This document shows positions 1 to 9,703 of a stretch of DNA of 64,000 bases, in pieces. The notes under the pieces were generated by a model. It saw only the letters and a list, made by a program, of their open reading frames with translations. It did not search any database and was not told the DNA's origin. The position numbers were made by a program, and so were the translations under genes. Position 1 is the first letter of the stretch. Each line of letters starts with the position of its first letter. The DNA is from Candidatus Melainabacteria bacterium 17Bon1m (GTDB lineage: Bacteria; Cyanobacteriota; Vampirovibrionia; Obscuribacterales; Obscuribacteraceae), in the NCBI GenBank assembly GCA_032128875.1, contig JAVLKG010000006.1:288001-352000 (forward strand), given 5' to 3'.

Positions 1-1
1 G

Positions 2-991
2 AAGAACGCGCTCGGCCGCTTTCACGATCTTGTTTTGGCGAGCGCGACTTCACCTGCGATGTTGGTGTATCTCGACGGAAAAGAGAATAAGAAAGAAGGA
101 CCGAAAGGAATACCTAACGAAAATTATGCGCGCGAACTTTTGGAACTGCACACGCTAGGAGTCGACGGTGGATATACACAGAATGACGTCTACGAAGCCG
201 CTCGCTGCTTGACTGGCTGGCGCTTAGGAAGTGATTCTAAGCGTGGCACTGCCTTTTTCGATCCTAATTTGCACGACGACGGTGAAAAGATTGTGCTCGG
301 CAAAAAGATACGCGCCGGTGGTGGTGAGAAAGATGTTGCAGCGTTAGTAAATATTGCATGCAACCACCCGTCCACAGCAAAATACATAGCGAAAAAACTC
401 GTCTCGCATTTTGTCTCTGAAGAGCCTCCTCAGGCACTCTTAAACAGAGTCGCTAAGCGGTATTCTGAGACAGGTGGACAAATCAAACCGATGATACGAG
501 AGATTCTTTATTCCAATGAATTCAAAGAATCGGCTGGTTCTAAAATGAAGCGCCCATTCCAGTATGTGGTCAGCTGCCTGCGTGCCACCGGTGCTGATAC
601 TATGGCGGGCGATGAAGTTCTTGAGTATTTAACACGCATGGGTCATGGTCCTTTTCAATATCCGACGCCTGACGGATATCCGACCGAGGCAAATCCTTGG
701 TTAGGAACCTTGCTGTGGCGCTGGAATTTCGCCTTTGCGCTCTGTTCAAATTCGATCGAAACAGCCAAAGTCGAACTTGCGGACCTCTGCAATGCGGTTG
801 GATTGGAAGACCTTGCCGGCATCAAGAAGTCTCCCGCAACACTGTTTGCATACTTGGCTGGGCGCCGCCCAAATGCTGAGGAGAGTAAAGCTTTTAAGGA
901 CTACCTATCGCAACGAAATTTCGAAGATGAGAAAGTTCGCGACGAGTTGGTTGGATTGATTCTCTCATCCCCAGCGTTTCAAAAGGTTTAG
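2..991 (+). CDS. DUF1800 family protein (5'-truncated by window edge)
   Basis: Frame open to window start (KNALGRFHDLVLASATSPAMLVYLDG); motifs PNENYARELLELHTLG, AARCLTGW, HPSTAKYIAKKL, C-terminal SPAFQ; precedes DUF1501. Confidence 0.92.
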   Translation, partial: KNALGRFHDLVLASATSPAMLVYLDGKENKKEGPKGIPNENYARELLELHTLGVDGGYTQNDVYEAARCLTGWRLGSDSKRGTAFFDPNLHDDGEKIVLGKKIRAGGGEKDVAALVNIACNHPSTAKYIAKKLVSHFVSEEPPQALLNRVAKRYSETGGQIKPMIREILYSNEFKESAGSKMKRPFQYVVSCLRATGADTMAGDEVLEYLTRMGHGPFQYPTPDGYPTEANPWLGTLLWRWNFAFALCSNSIETAKVELADLCNAVGLEDLAGIKKSPATLFAYLAGRRPNAEESKAFKDYLSQRNFEDEKVRDELVGLILSSPAFQKV

Positions 992-995
992 GTCG

Positions 996-2201
996 ATGCC
1001 TGAGCAATCGCGACGACAATTTTTGCAACGCTTGGCATTGCGCTCCGATGCTCTCAGCGAGAAGAGCGACAAAACGCTTGTGTGCATCTTCTTGCGAGGC
1101 GGCGCAGATACACTCAACATGTTTATTCCGTACGCCGATGACACTTACTACAAAATCAGACCGACGATTTCAATCCCCCATCCGAGTGGAAAAGGCTCCG
1201 ATGCATCGATTAGGCTTGACGATTTCTACTCCCTGCATCCGAAGCTCGCACCGATCTTGCCAATCTATAAAGAAGGGCGAATGGCGGTTGTTCAGGCGGT
1301 TGGCACCGACAATCCAACTGGGTCGCATTTTGAAACTCAGGATCAAATGGAGCATGGTGATGGGTTTAAAAAGACCGCAGGTGGTGGTTGGTTGGCTCGA
1401 TACTTACGGGCAAGATTCGGCAATAATCTGACGCCACTCTCTGCTGTTTCAATTGGACCAATGCTGCCGGAATCCTTACGTGGTGCGCCTGGCGCGAGCG
1501 CAATCACCACGATAGACGATATTCGAATCAAAGCGCCTTGTGAGAATCCAGCTGTCGTTGCACAAGCACTGACTAGTTTGTATGGAGCGGATGTCGGAGT
1601 ACTTTCCATTCCTGGACGAGATACTTTGAGGTTGTTGACTAGAGTTGAAACCCTGCGCACAGCGGAGTATAAACCGGCTAATGGTGCGAATTATCCCGAT
1701 TCTAATTTCGCCAGAGGGCTCCGGGAGGTTGCGCGATTGATCAAATCGGATGTTGGTCTTGAGGTTGCTTGCGTAGATTTGGATGGATGGGATACGCACT
1801 TCGTACAAGGCTCGGTCGATGGACAGCAAGCCGCTTTGATAGAAACACTTGGAGCCGGATTAGCCGCATTTGATGCGGATCTCGCTAGTCGACGCAAACA
1901 AGTGACGACCTTGATAATCACTGAATTTGGTAGAAGAACTTATGAAAATGGATCACTCGGAACAGATCACGGTCGCGGATTTGCTGCAATGGTGATCGGT
2001 GATGGACTTCGTGGTGGACAAATCTTGGGACGCTATCCTGGTTTGAACGAAGCCAAATGGGTTCTCGGTCCCGCAGGTCTGGACGTGATTTACGACTATC
2101 GCACAGTGTTGTCTGAGGTGCTTACAAACAAAATGGCCTTGCGAGATATCGGTGCTGTCTTCCCCGGATTCGAACCACAGAAAATAGGTATTGTGGCTTA
2201 G
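996..2201 (+). CDS. DUF1501 family protein
   Basis: IFLRGGADTLN, SHFETQD, GWDTH, TEFGRRTYENGSLGTDHG motifs; N-terminal SRRQFL; usual partner of DUF1800. Confidence 0.92.
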   Translation: MPEQSRRQFLQRLALRSDALSEKSDKTLVCIFLRGGADTLNMFIPYADDTYYKIRPTISIPHPSGKGSDASIRLDDFYSLHPKLAPILPIYKEGRMAVVQAVGTDNPTGSHFETQDQMEHGDGFKKTAGGGWLARYLRARFGNNLTPLSAVSIGPMLPESLRGAPGASAITTIDDIRIKAPCENPAVVAQALTSLYGADVGVLSIPGRDTLRLLTRVETLRTAEYKPANGANYPDSNFARGLREVARLIKSDVGLEVACVDLDGWDTHFVQGSVDGQQAALIETLGAGLAAFDADLASRRKQVTTLIITEFGRRTYENGSLGTDHGRGFAAMVIGDGLRGGQILGRYPGLNEAKWVLGPAGLDVIYDYRTVLSEVLTNKMALRDIGAVFPGFEPQKIGIVA

Positions 2202-2970
2202 TTTGAGAAAAGCTTCTATAGAACGATCATTACTTTTGTCGATTGTGCTTTCAGTCTTCTTAAGCACTTCGGAAGCATTTGCCGATGGAATTTCGTATGT
2301 TGCGGTGCCGCATTATGCTACCGGCTCGCTCTATTTGCTTGTGACGTTGTTCGTCCTTTCTGTAATCACTTTTTCGGTAAGTATATTTAGGGCTGAACGG
2401 GTTCCGAATGTCTTCAGAAAGTATGTCCCGTTAGCGTTGTTTTTAGTCTTTCTTGTTTGTGCGTCTTTGCTTGACAAGAAGCGCTTTGCTCCAATGCAGG
2501 TTGCTGACTCTGCGACGGCAGATTTGCCCATCTTCAAGTTTGTTCTTCCCTTCTTCTACAAGTCTTTACCTACTGCAGCTGTTGCACTTTGGATTACGGC
2601 GTTGGTAGACAGTTTGAACATGATTCATTTTTTCTTGGGGCTTTGCTCAACTTTGTTGATTGAGACACTTATTCTCTATTTTGGCTTAGGCAAGGAATAC
2701 GATGGACGAAGCAAGGTTTTAATAGGATGTCTGCTCAGTCTAGCTACGTTTCCAATCGTCAATTTGTTAATTCCTATCTGGTTAAATCCGGAAACAATGT
2801 TGTTTGCGTACTGCTGGATTTCGGAAACATTTGCTTTCTTAGCTGAATGTCTGTTATTCGTTTTCATTTTCTCCAAAAAACGATCGACCAAGTCCCAGTT
2901 AGCTGTCAATTGCGCCATCATTTTTTTAGCGAATGTAGCGTCTTTTACTTACGGATACTTTTTTCTCTAA
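2191..2970 (+). CDS. hypothetical multi-pass membrane protein
   Basis: 259-aa ORF with signal-like N-terminus and about 6-7 hydrophobic segments; start uncertain. Confidence 0.7.
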   Translation: MWLSLRKASIERSLLLSIVLSVFLSTSEAFADGISYVAVPHYATGSLYLLVTLFVLSVITFSVSIFRAERVPNVFRKYVPLALFLVFLVCASLLDKKRFAPMQVADSATADLPIFKFVLPFFYKSLPTAAVALWITALVDSLNMIHFFLGLCSTLLIETLILYFGLGKEYDGRSKVLIGCLLSLATFPIVNLLIPIWLNPETMLFAYCWISETFAFLAECLLFVFIFSKKRSTKSQLAVNCAIIFLANVASFTYGYFFL

Positions 2971-2991
2971 TTCAGGAATTGAGGACAAACA

Positions 2992-3555
2992 ATGAGGAGT
3001 CGTTACTTTTATTGCCTTCTTGTGTTTTTCTTGTTGCAAGCACTTCCGTGTTTTGCTGAAGCTCCCTCCAAAAAACTTGGCATGGAAATAAGTGCGCTTA
3101 CAGCCAGATTCCCAGAAGAATCAAATGAGCATAATGCAGCGCTTGAAGTGGGATTTCGCAACAAGACTCAGAACTTTATTTATGTCCAGTTTTCAGGAAA
3201 TTATGGCAAAGGGAATGGTATTAAGCCACCCATTTATACTTCTCCTGAAAATCCGTATTGTAGACAGCCGGCGGTTTTTGCTGAATTTCTTTATGAATGG
3301 TTTGATAGCGAGGGAAAGTCAATTCTCAAGGGGAAATACGATGTAAGCCGCGAGAGTTTGACGTTGAAACCAAATGGTGTGAAAACTGTTCTTGTGCCAG
3401 TAATGTTGCCACCGCCGGGAATTCGCAAACTGGTTGTGAAGTTTTCAAATTTGCAACTAGTTCCTTTATCCAGCACTTTCAACATGTTTCAAACGGAAGA
3501 CACTGCTATCTTCGAGGAGCTTGAAGATCAGGCTGTTATAACGATTAAGAAGTAG
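2992..3555 (+). CDS. hypothetical secreted protein
   Basis: GAGG RBS upstream; signal peptide ending PCFA. Confidence 0.75.
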   Translation: MRSRYFYCLLVFFLLQALPCFAEAPSKKLGMEISALTARFPEESNEHNAALEVGFRNKTQNFIYVQFSGNYGKGNGIKPPIYTSPENPYCRQPAVFAEFLYEWFDSEGKSILKGKYDVSRESLTLKPNGVKTVLVPVMLPPPGIRKLVVKFSNLQLVPLSSTFNMFQTEDTAIFEELEDQAVITIKK

Positions 3556-3622
3556 GTAGAGGACTTCTGATGTTCAAAAGCCCAAAGTATCGTGTTCCTG
3601 TTTAGATACCCACACTAAGACC

Positions 3623-3641
3623 AGTCGACGCATGGCGTCGA
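3623..3641. terminator. hairpin between convergent genes
   Basis: GTCGACGC-atg-GCGTCGAC perfect 8-bp stem; no strong U tract. Confidence 0.35.
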
Positions 3642-3663
3642 CCCTCCGTTACTTTTATCGCAG

Positions 3664-4158
3664 CTACTTCTTCTTTGCGGCGTTTTTTGCTTTTTCTAAA
3701 ATGCTGGCAGGAACTTGGGGCAAAGCTTCGTCTTTTAGAGTTAGTTTTTCGTAGTTGGCTTTGTAAGCCTCGATCTGCTTGTCGAACGCAGCCATGTCCG
3801 AATCTTTCCAACCGCCGCGTGCCATTGCAGGTTCATTCTCGAGAAGTTTATCTAGCTCTGTTCTGAGCTTCTTGTAGTTGCCCTCGGTAACAGCGTTGAC
3901 GCGTTTTGCCTGATCCAAAATCGCGCCAAGATTCGAAAGTTTTTGACGATACTTGACCGCGTTAACTTGAATTCGTTTGAACGAAGCCATCTCCGGTCTG
4001 TCCATTACGGGCACTTTTGCCGGTGCCTGCGTCTTGCTGGCTGGCGCAATTGTCGTCGTTGGTTTTACTGGCTCGTTGCCGCCAAAAGCAGCAGGCGCAA
4101 GGGAGAAAACCATCAGCGGTGTCATCGCCGCCAGCAGAATTTTTTTGTGCTGAAACAT
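3664..4158 (-). CDS. hypothetical secreted helical protein (paralog of neighbour 4192..4761)
   Basis: Signal peptide ending AAFG; GGAG RBS; core resembles the adjacent ORF. Confidence 0.8.
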   Translation of the reverse strand: MFQHKKILLAAMTPLMVFSLAPAAFGGNEPVKPTTTIAPASKTQAPAKVPVMDRPEMASFKRIQVNAVKYRQKLSNLGAILDQAKRVNAVTEGNYKKLRTELDKLLENEPAMARGGWKDSDMAAFDKQIEAYKANYEKLTLKDEALPQVPASILEKAKNAAKKK

Positions 4159-4191
4159 TTTTTCTCCCTTGCACTATGCAGTTTGTGATTG

Positions 4192-4761
4192 CTATTTCGT
4201 GGACTTAGTTGTTGTAGTCTTCGTTGTTTTCTTGTCACCAGAAGCAGTTTTCTTTGTGGTCGTGGTTTTCTTCGCTGCTGGTGTTGTGGTTTTTGTTGTA
4301 GTCGTTGTGGTTGCAGTAGTTTTCGGCTTGTTTGATGCTGACGAAAGATCGGCGTTGACCTTTGTCACTTGCTTTTCGAGATCATCAACATCTGCTTTGG
4401 GAAATCCTGCAGCCTCGATTTTTGCTTCAACACCAGTCAAACGATCTAGCTCTGCTTTGAAGTTGCCGTGTTCGTCAGAGGTGATCCACCCTTTCGACAA
4501 GGCTGTGTCGTTTTGTTGGTTGAGGTTGTTGATTCTCTCCTTGAATTTCAAAGTGTACGTTTTCGATGATTCTACTGAAATCGAAGTAGCGCCGTTGGGC
4601 GAAGTTCTGCCGGATGATTCGATAACGGTAGTGCGTTTGATTACAGTCTCTTCTGCTTGAGCAGGCAACACAGAAGCAATCAGCAGGGGGGCTATCAACG
4701 CAAGGGATACACGCTTAATGTCGGTCATTTTTCTTCTCCATGAAACTGAGTCCTTACTCAA
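4192..4761 (-). CDS. hypothetical secreted helical protein with Thr/Lys-rich tail (start probably ATG 4728)
   Basis: Signal peptide ending AQA; GGAG upstream of 4728; T/K low-complexity C-terminus. Confidence 0.8.
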   Translation of the reverse strand: MSKDSVSWRRKMTDIKRVSLALIAPLLIASVLPAQAEETVIKRTTVIESSGRTSPNGATSISVESSKTYTLKFKERINNLNQQNDTALSKGWITSDEHGNFKAELDRLTGVEAKIEAAGFPKADVDDLEKQVTKVNADLSSASNKPKTTATTTTTTKTTTPAAKKTTTTKKTASGDKKTTKTTTTKSTK

Positions 4762-4935
4762 GGACTCTCTTGAGAACTTGGGTCAATATAGGCTCGCGGA
4801 CTTGAATATACCCTGACCTCACTCGCCCAAAAACGACATTTAAGGCATTGTATCGGGCCATCACCATACCTCGCAAACTCTACCTCTACCTCCATAAACC
4901 CGTCTCTGGTTTTGTAGTAACCCGCAAGAGGAACA

Positions 4936-6597
4936 ATGTCGAAGTCAAATGGCCTCGAGCGGGGTAACTCCGTGAAACTTATCATTCAGGTTTTGTTGGT
5001 CTCGATTGTTCTGATAATGTTTTCCGGGCAATCGACGGTCGGACAAACCCCGACTTCGCCGTCGTCTGAAGGCGCTGCTGTTGTAGTCAAAGGCAAGCGC
5101 CTTTTCTACTTTTACTCAAACATTGGCGAATACACTCCCCGGCAGCGAGCGATTATGGCTTCCGAGGCATTGCAGCGATTAGCCGAGAACCCTGACTTTG
5201 ACGTTGATTCGATAAGAGTGCAGGAGACGCCTTCCGGCACGGATATTGTGTCTGGCTCCACGATAATTGCGACGGTGACTCCCGAAGACGCAAAAATTGC
5301 ACAATCCTCAACTACTCAGATGGCGAACAATTTCGCATCGCGGGTGCGACTTGCCGTATCTGAGCGCCGGGAAGAAACAACCACGTCCAACATGGCGATT
5401 GGTGTTGGTTTGTCTGTTGTGGCGACAATAATTCTTTTGCTGTCGCTAGTTTTAGTGAGCAAACTTGCCGCGGATTTGTGTATTTCAATCGGCCGTCAGC
5501 GCGGACACGCAATCAAAGGATTGAAGATTCAGAACGCCGAACTCATCGGTGCGAATGCTCTCGCTGACTTGCTTTTGACAATCGTGAAGTTCTCGCAGAT
5601 TCTTCTTTTGTTTTCCCTGCTGGCTACATATGTAGTGCAGGTTCTGGGGTTTTTCCCTGGTACAAAACATCTCGCCAAAGCGGTGATTGCGAATACGCTG
5701 GTACCACTTGCTTCTATTTGGGAGAAAGTGATTGAGTACTTCCCATCTCTGGTGATGCTCGTTCTCATCACACTAATCACCTATGCGGTGATGGGATTTG
5801 CGCGATTCTTCTTCGACTCTTTGCGAGACGGAACCATCAAATTTGCCGATTTCGACCCGGATTGGGCGGAGCCGACTTTCAAACTCTCAAGGTTCCTCAT
5901 CCTTGCGTTTGCCATGATGGTTGCTATGCCATACCTGCCAGGCTGGGAATCTCCAGCGTTCAAACAGGTGGGGTTGGTAGTTGGTATTTTGGTTTCCTTT
6001 GGTTCTACCGGTGTGGTCAGCAATGTTATGGCTGGCGCTGTTTTGACCTACACTAACGCTTTCAAATTTGGAGACCGTGTGAAGATCGGAGATACCGTCG
6101 GTGATATCGTTGAGAAAAATCTCTTTGTGACTAAAGTTCGAACGCCTAAGAATGAGATGGTGTCGATTCCGAACGGGTCAATCATGACGTCGAATGTCAC
6201 TAACTACTCAACTCTGGCACGCGAGAAGCAACTGATTTTATATACGTCCGTCACCATCGGTTATGACGAGCCCTGGGCGCAAGTTGAATCATGTCTGATG
6301 GCGGCTGCAGCTGAAAGCTATGGAATATTGAAAGACCCCAAACCTTTCATCCTTCAGAACGAACTCGCTGATTTCTATGTCGACTATCAGCTAAATGTGT
6401 ATACAGACTTGGCCAACGAAATGCCCGTCGTTTACTCCGAATTGCATAAGAAGATTCAGGATAAATTCAACGAAGCTGGCATGGAAATTATGTCTCCGCA
6501 TTTCTTTGCGGTCCGTGATGGAAACGAAATCGCAATTCCTAAGCAATATCGCGGCGACAATTACAAACGCCCGACCTTTGGAATCACCCAGGCGTAG
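4936..6597 (+). CDS. small-conductance mechanosensitive channel (MscS family) with N-terminal periplasmic domain
   Basis: FKFGDRVKIGD, VSIPNG, VTNYS, VTIGYD, IQDKFNEAGMEIMSPH motifs. Confidence 0.93.
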   Translation: MSKSNGLERGNSVKLIIQVLLVSIVLIMFSGQSTVGQTPTSPSSEGAAVVVKGKRLFYFYSNIGEYTPRQRAIMASEALQRLAENPDFDVDSIRVQETPSGTDIVSGSTIIATVTPEDAKIAQSSTTQMANNFASRVRLAVSERREETTTSNMAIGVGLSVVATIILLLSLVLVSKLAADLCISIGRQRGHAIKGLKIQNAELIGANALADLLLTIVKFSQILLLFSLLATYVVQVLGFFPGTKHLAKAVIANTLVPLASIWEKVIEYFPSLVMLVLITLITYAVMGFARFFFDSLRDGTIKFADFDPDWAEPTFKLSRFLILAFAMMVAMPYLPGWESPAFKQVGLVVGILVSFGSTGVVSNVMAGAVLTYTNAFKFGDRVKIGDTVGDIVEKNLFVTKVRTPKNEMVSIPNGSIMTSNVTNYSTLAREKQLILYTSVTIGYDEPWAQVESCLMAAAAESYGILKDPKPFILQNELADFYVDYQLNVYTDLANEMPVVYSELHKKIQDKFNEAGMEIMSPHFFAVRDGNEIAIPKQYRGDNYKRPTFGITQA

Positions 6598-6606
6598 AAT
6601 TAATCC

Positions 6607-6659
6607 GTAGGGGAGGCACATGTGCCTCCCTGCTAGGGAGAAGCATGCGGCTCCACTAC
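6607..6659. repeat. inverted pair of GTAG-type REP-like palindromes
   Basis: GTAG followed by the perfect palindrome GGGAGGCACATGTGCCTCCC (6611-6630), then a degenerate opposite-facing unit ending CTAC. Confidence 0.6.
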
Positions 6660-6795
6660 GGTTGGATTAGATCACAGTCATGTATTGCTGAATGGCGCGC
6701 TTATTTGGCGATGCGGCCTTACAATTTTCACATTGAAATAGCCGCGTGGAAGCCCATCAAATGAGAGGCGGCTAAGTATTGCGAGAACATAAGCC

Positions 6796-8157
6796 ATGTC
6801 TAAGATGTCGCATGATAAGGGTTTCCTCGATCTTTTCTTAAGTGTCCAAAAGGGCGAGCGCACGATAACAGCGTTGCTGTTCACGTGGATCTTTCTCTTC
6901 ATTTGTGTGTATTACATTCTTCGTCCAATTCGGCGCGGTCTATTTCTCGCGGGGTTGGGCAATGAATATATGCCGCTGGTATATATAGGTACCGCGCTCT
7001 TCACTGGCGCCGTCGTTTGGCTCTATTCCAAGTTTTCAAAAGCTCCGCGAAAGATTTTGATCAGTTCCGTCTATGGAATTTTCATCGTCAATTTGCTTGC
7101 GTGGTGGCAAATCTTCAAATACGAATCACCTGTTGCATCGGGTGCATTCTGGGTTTGGCTCGATGTTTTCTCAATCATGGGCGTGACGCTTTTCTGGATG
7201 TACGCCAATGATGTTTGCGATTCGAACAAAGCGAAGCGTCTCTTTGGTGTCATTGCTGCAGGCGCTGGACTGGGAGCTGTTCTTGGAAGCACGATAACTG
7301 CGTGTCTTATCGGCAGTATTGGAACCAGCAATCTCCTTCTTGTGGCAGCGGGTTTGGTTGCTTTGACTCTCGGACTGTTTCACGTCCTCGAAGCACTCAA
7401 CAAGAAAAAGAATGTTGTAGAACGTGCTGCAGCGCCTGAGTTCGAGAAGGCAAAAGTTTCGAACATATCTGGCGCGTTCAAACTTATTTTTCAAAACAAG
7501 TTTTTGCTGTGTCTATTTTTTGTTGTCGCATTCGAACGCGTGACACCGGACATGGTGCAATTCCTATACAACGATATTCTTAAAAACATGGCTACCGGCC
7601 GTGATGCAATTGCCGCTATTGACGCTAATCTCGAGCGCTGGCGCGGCATTGTCGAATTTGTAGTCGAGCTGTTTCTTGTTAGCGCCATTGTGCGCAAGTT
7701 GGGATCTGGCTTCTGCCTTTCATCTTCTGCGGGATTGATTTTCGCCGGTGTGACAATGTTTGCCTTTGTCCCTAATCCTGTGATTCTGATGGCTGTTTTC
7801 CATGGCGATGAAGCGATGCGCCATGCCTGGTTCAAAGCCGCAAAAGAGCTGATGTATACCGTCACCAGTCGGGATGTTTTGTATAACGTAAAGCCTGTGA
7901 TTGAGATGTTCGTGTACAGAATGGCGCGAGGCGTTGCCGGTGTGATTATTTTTGTAGTCAACACTGCCCTCGGTCTAGGAGCCAAAGGTGTAATGGCGGC
8001 AGCGGCAATCTGCGCCTTGAGTTGGCTGTACTGCGGCTGGAAGTTGAGCAAAGAGTATTCGCGCTTGGAAATGGAAGCGACTCGACGCGCTCTCGAAGCA
8101 CAGCTTGGCGAGGGTAGTCTCCTTGCAAAAGAGGTTTCTAGCGCAGCTCCAGTTTAA
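6796..8157 (+). CDS. Npt1/TLC-like nucleotide (ATP/ADP) exchange transporter family, MFS fold
   Basis: YYILRPIRR, LFWMYANDV..KAKRLFGVIAAGAGLG, ELMY..KPVIEMFVYR motifs; about 12 TM segments. Confidence 0.8.
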   Translation: MSKMSHDKGFLDLFLSVQKGERTITALLFTWIFLFICVYYILRPIRRGLFLAGLGNEYMPLVYIGTALFTGAVVWLYSKFSKAPRKILISSVYGIFIVNLLAWWQIFKYESPVASGAFWVWLDVFSIMGVTLFWMYANDVCDSNKAKRLFGVIAAGAGLGAVLGSTITACLIGSIGTSNLLLVAAGLVALTLGLFHVLEALNKKKNVVERAAAPEFEKAKVSNISGAFKLIFQNKFLLCLFFVVAFERVTPDMVQFLYNDILKNMATGRDAIAAIDANLERWRGIVEFVVELFLVSAIVRKLGSGFCLSSSAGLIFAGVTMFAFVPNPVILMAVFHGDEAMRHAWFKAAKELMYTVTSRDVLYNVKPVIEMFVYRMARGVAGVIIFVVNTALGLGAKGVMAAAAICALSWLYCGWKLSKEYSRLEMEATRRALEAQLGEGSLLAKEVSSAAPV

Positions 8158-8383
8158 GGTAGGACCAACGCTATACGTCGACTATCAATTAGGTAACCAC
8201 GGCAAATGTTGCAGAGCGTCAACTGCGGTGTAGGCTTCTACTTCTAGCGTTTCGAGCGTTTCGCCGGTATTTGCCACGACGTGTTAGGCAAGATTCAGAC
8301 AATTCATTCTTCCTCTGTATATGATCAAACTTCTATTGTGCAAAGGACAGCGAGCTTTTGGCGCTTTTAAGTTGGAGACTTGC

Positions 8384-9373
8384 GTGAAACATTCAAGAAT
8401 TGCAGCAATATTTTTTGTTCTTTCGACTCTTGCGGTGGGCACTAACTGCCAGACTCCTCTAGCTTTAGCGGGCGAAACACCTGCGCATAGTCGCAAGCCG
8501 GTAATCGGAATCAACTGCGATATCGATGGTGAAAAGCCCCGACTGATTGCCCTTTCCGCACCATATGTCCAGGCTTTGAAAAACGTGGGCGCGATACCGG
8601 TAATTTTGCCTCCAATGCCTGAAGAAGATCTGACTGCAATTCTCGGAAAACTCGATGGAGTGCTGATGGTTGGGGGCGCTGACTATCCGCCTGCGCTTTA
8701 CGGTCAAAAGAATGAACCGAAGACTGTGCTCATGGACGAAGAACGTTGGCGCTTCGATGTTCTTCTTGCGAAGACCGTTGTAGACAAAACGAAGCTGCCT
8801 TTCCTCGGCATTTGTGCAGGCAGTCAGGCGCTAAACATCTCGCGCGGTGGTTCGTTGATACAAGACATTCCAACAAAACTTCCCGAGATGAAAGTTGCGC
8901 ATGCCAGCAAAGATGGTTGGCAGAAAGGGTTTAACAAGCACGAAGTCAATTTTGCAAAGTTGACCAAATTGAAAGGTATTTACGGCATAGATAAGCTCAG
9001 CGTTCCGACTTCACATCACCAATGCGTTGACAAAGTCGGCGACGACCTTCAGATTGCTGCCACTGCGGACGATGGCATGATAGAAGCTGTCGAATTGAAA
9101 GGAAAACGATTTGTAGTCGGTGTTCAATGGCACCCAGAGCGCGACTTTTCTGCAAACCAACAATTGTTCAAAAACTTCATCAGTGCTGCTCAGGAAATCG
9201 CTGATTCGAAAATCGCTGATTCGAAAATCACTGATTCGAAAACCCCTGATTCGAAATCTAGCGAATCTAAAGACGCTAACGAAGCGACTGGTCGAAACAA
9301 CTCGACCACTTCTAGCAGCTCGAATAAATCTGGCGAAACGGCTGGCATTCAGAGCAGGTTTACCGCGGAGTAA
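8384..9373 (+). CDS. gamma-glutamyl-gamma-aminobutyrate hydrolase family (peptidase C26, class I glutamine amidotransferase) with signal peptide
   Basis: KPVIGI, LGICAGSQALN nucleophile, SHHQ, GVQWHPE; GTG start after GGAG (ORF track start 8321). Confidence 0.9.
   Translation: MKHSRIAAIFFVLSTLAVGTNCQTPLALAGETPAHSRKPVIGINCDIDGEKPRLIALSAPYVQALKNVGAIPVILPPMPEEDLTAILGKLDGVLMVGGADYPPALYGQKNEPKTVLMDEERWRFDVLLAKTVVDKTKLPFLGICAGSQALNISRGGSLIQDIPTKLPEMKVAHASKDGWQKGFNKHEVNFAKLTKLKGIYGIDKLSVPTSHHQCVDKVGDDLQIAATADDGMIEAVELKGKRFVVGVQWHPERDFSANQQLFKNFISAAQEIADSKIADSKITDSKTPDSKSSESKDANEATGRNNSTTSSSSNKSGETAGIQSRFTAE
9195..9254 (+). repeat. 15-bp tandem repeat x4 in coding sequence (IADSK/ITDSK/TPDSK)
   Basis: AAATCGCTGATTCGA units read directly. 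Confidence 0.9.
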
Positions 9374-9703
9374 CCGTTTTCTTGCGTACGGTTTTCTGTA
9401 AAGTCTGAAAACCCTTGCAATTGCTAGGTAGTACGTAATGCTGCGTGATATTTCGGAATTGCTTGCGCTCCAATCCTTCAAATCCAGCCGGTTCTTTAAT
9501 CATGGAGTCAGATTGTTGTCACACGATTTTGATACGAATATCACGGAACGAATTTGTGGACGTTGAGGTCTTTGAAAATAACTCACTAAGAAGTGTGATT
9601 TTCACCTGAGATTAATCACTACCATTAGTGAAAAAGTTGAATTTTAGAGGCTATTGGAGCTTTGGTTTGGGATAATTGAGGTGAGACGTAAGGTGCTGTA
9701 AGC

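Noticed and set aside
4169-4660. Val-rich 163-aa plus-strand ORF
   Set aside because: Antisense shadow of the Thr/Lys-rich gene 4192..4761
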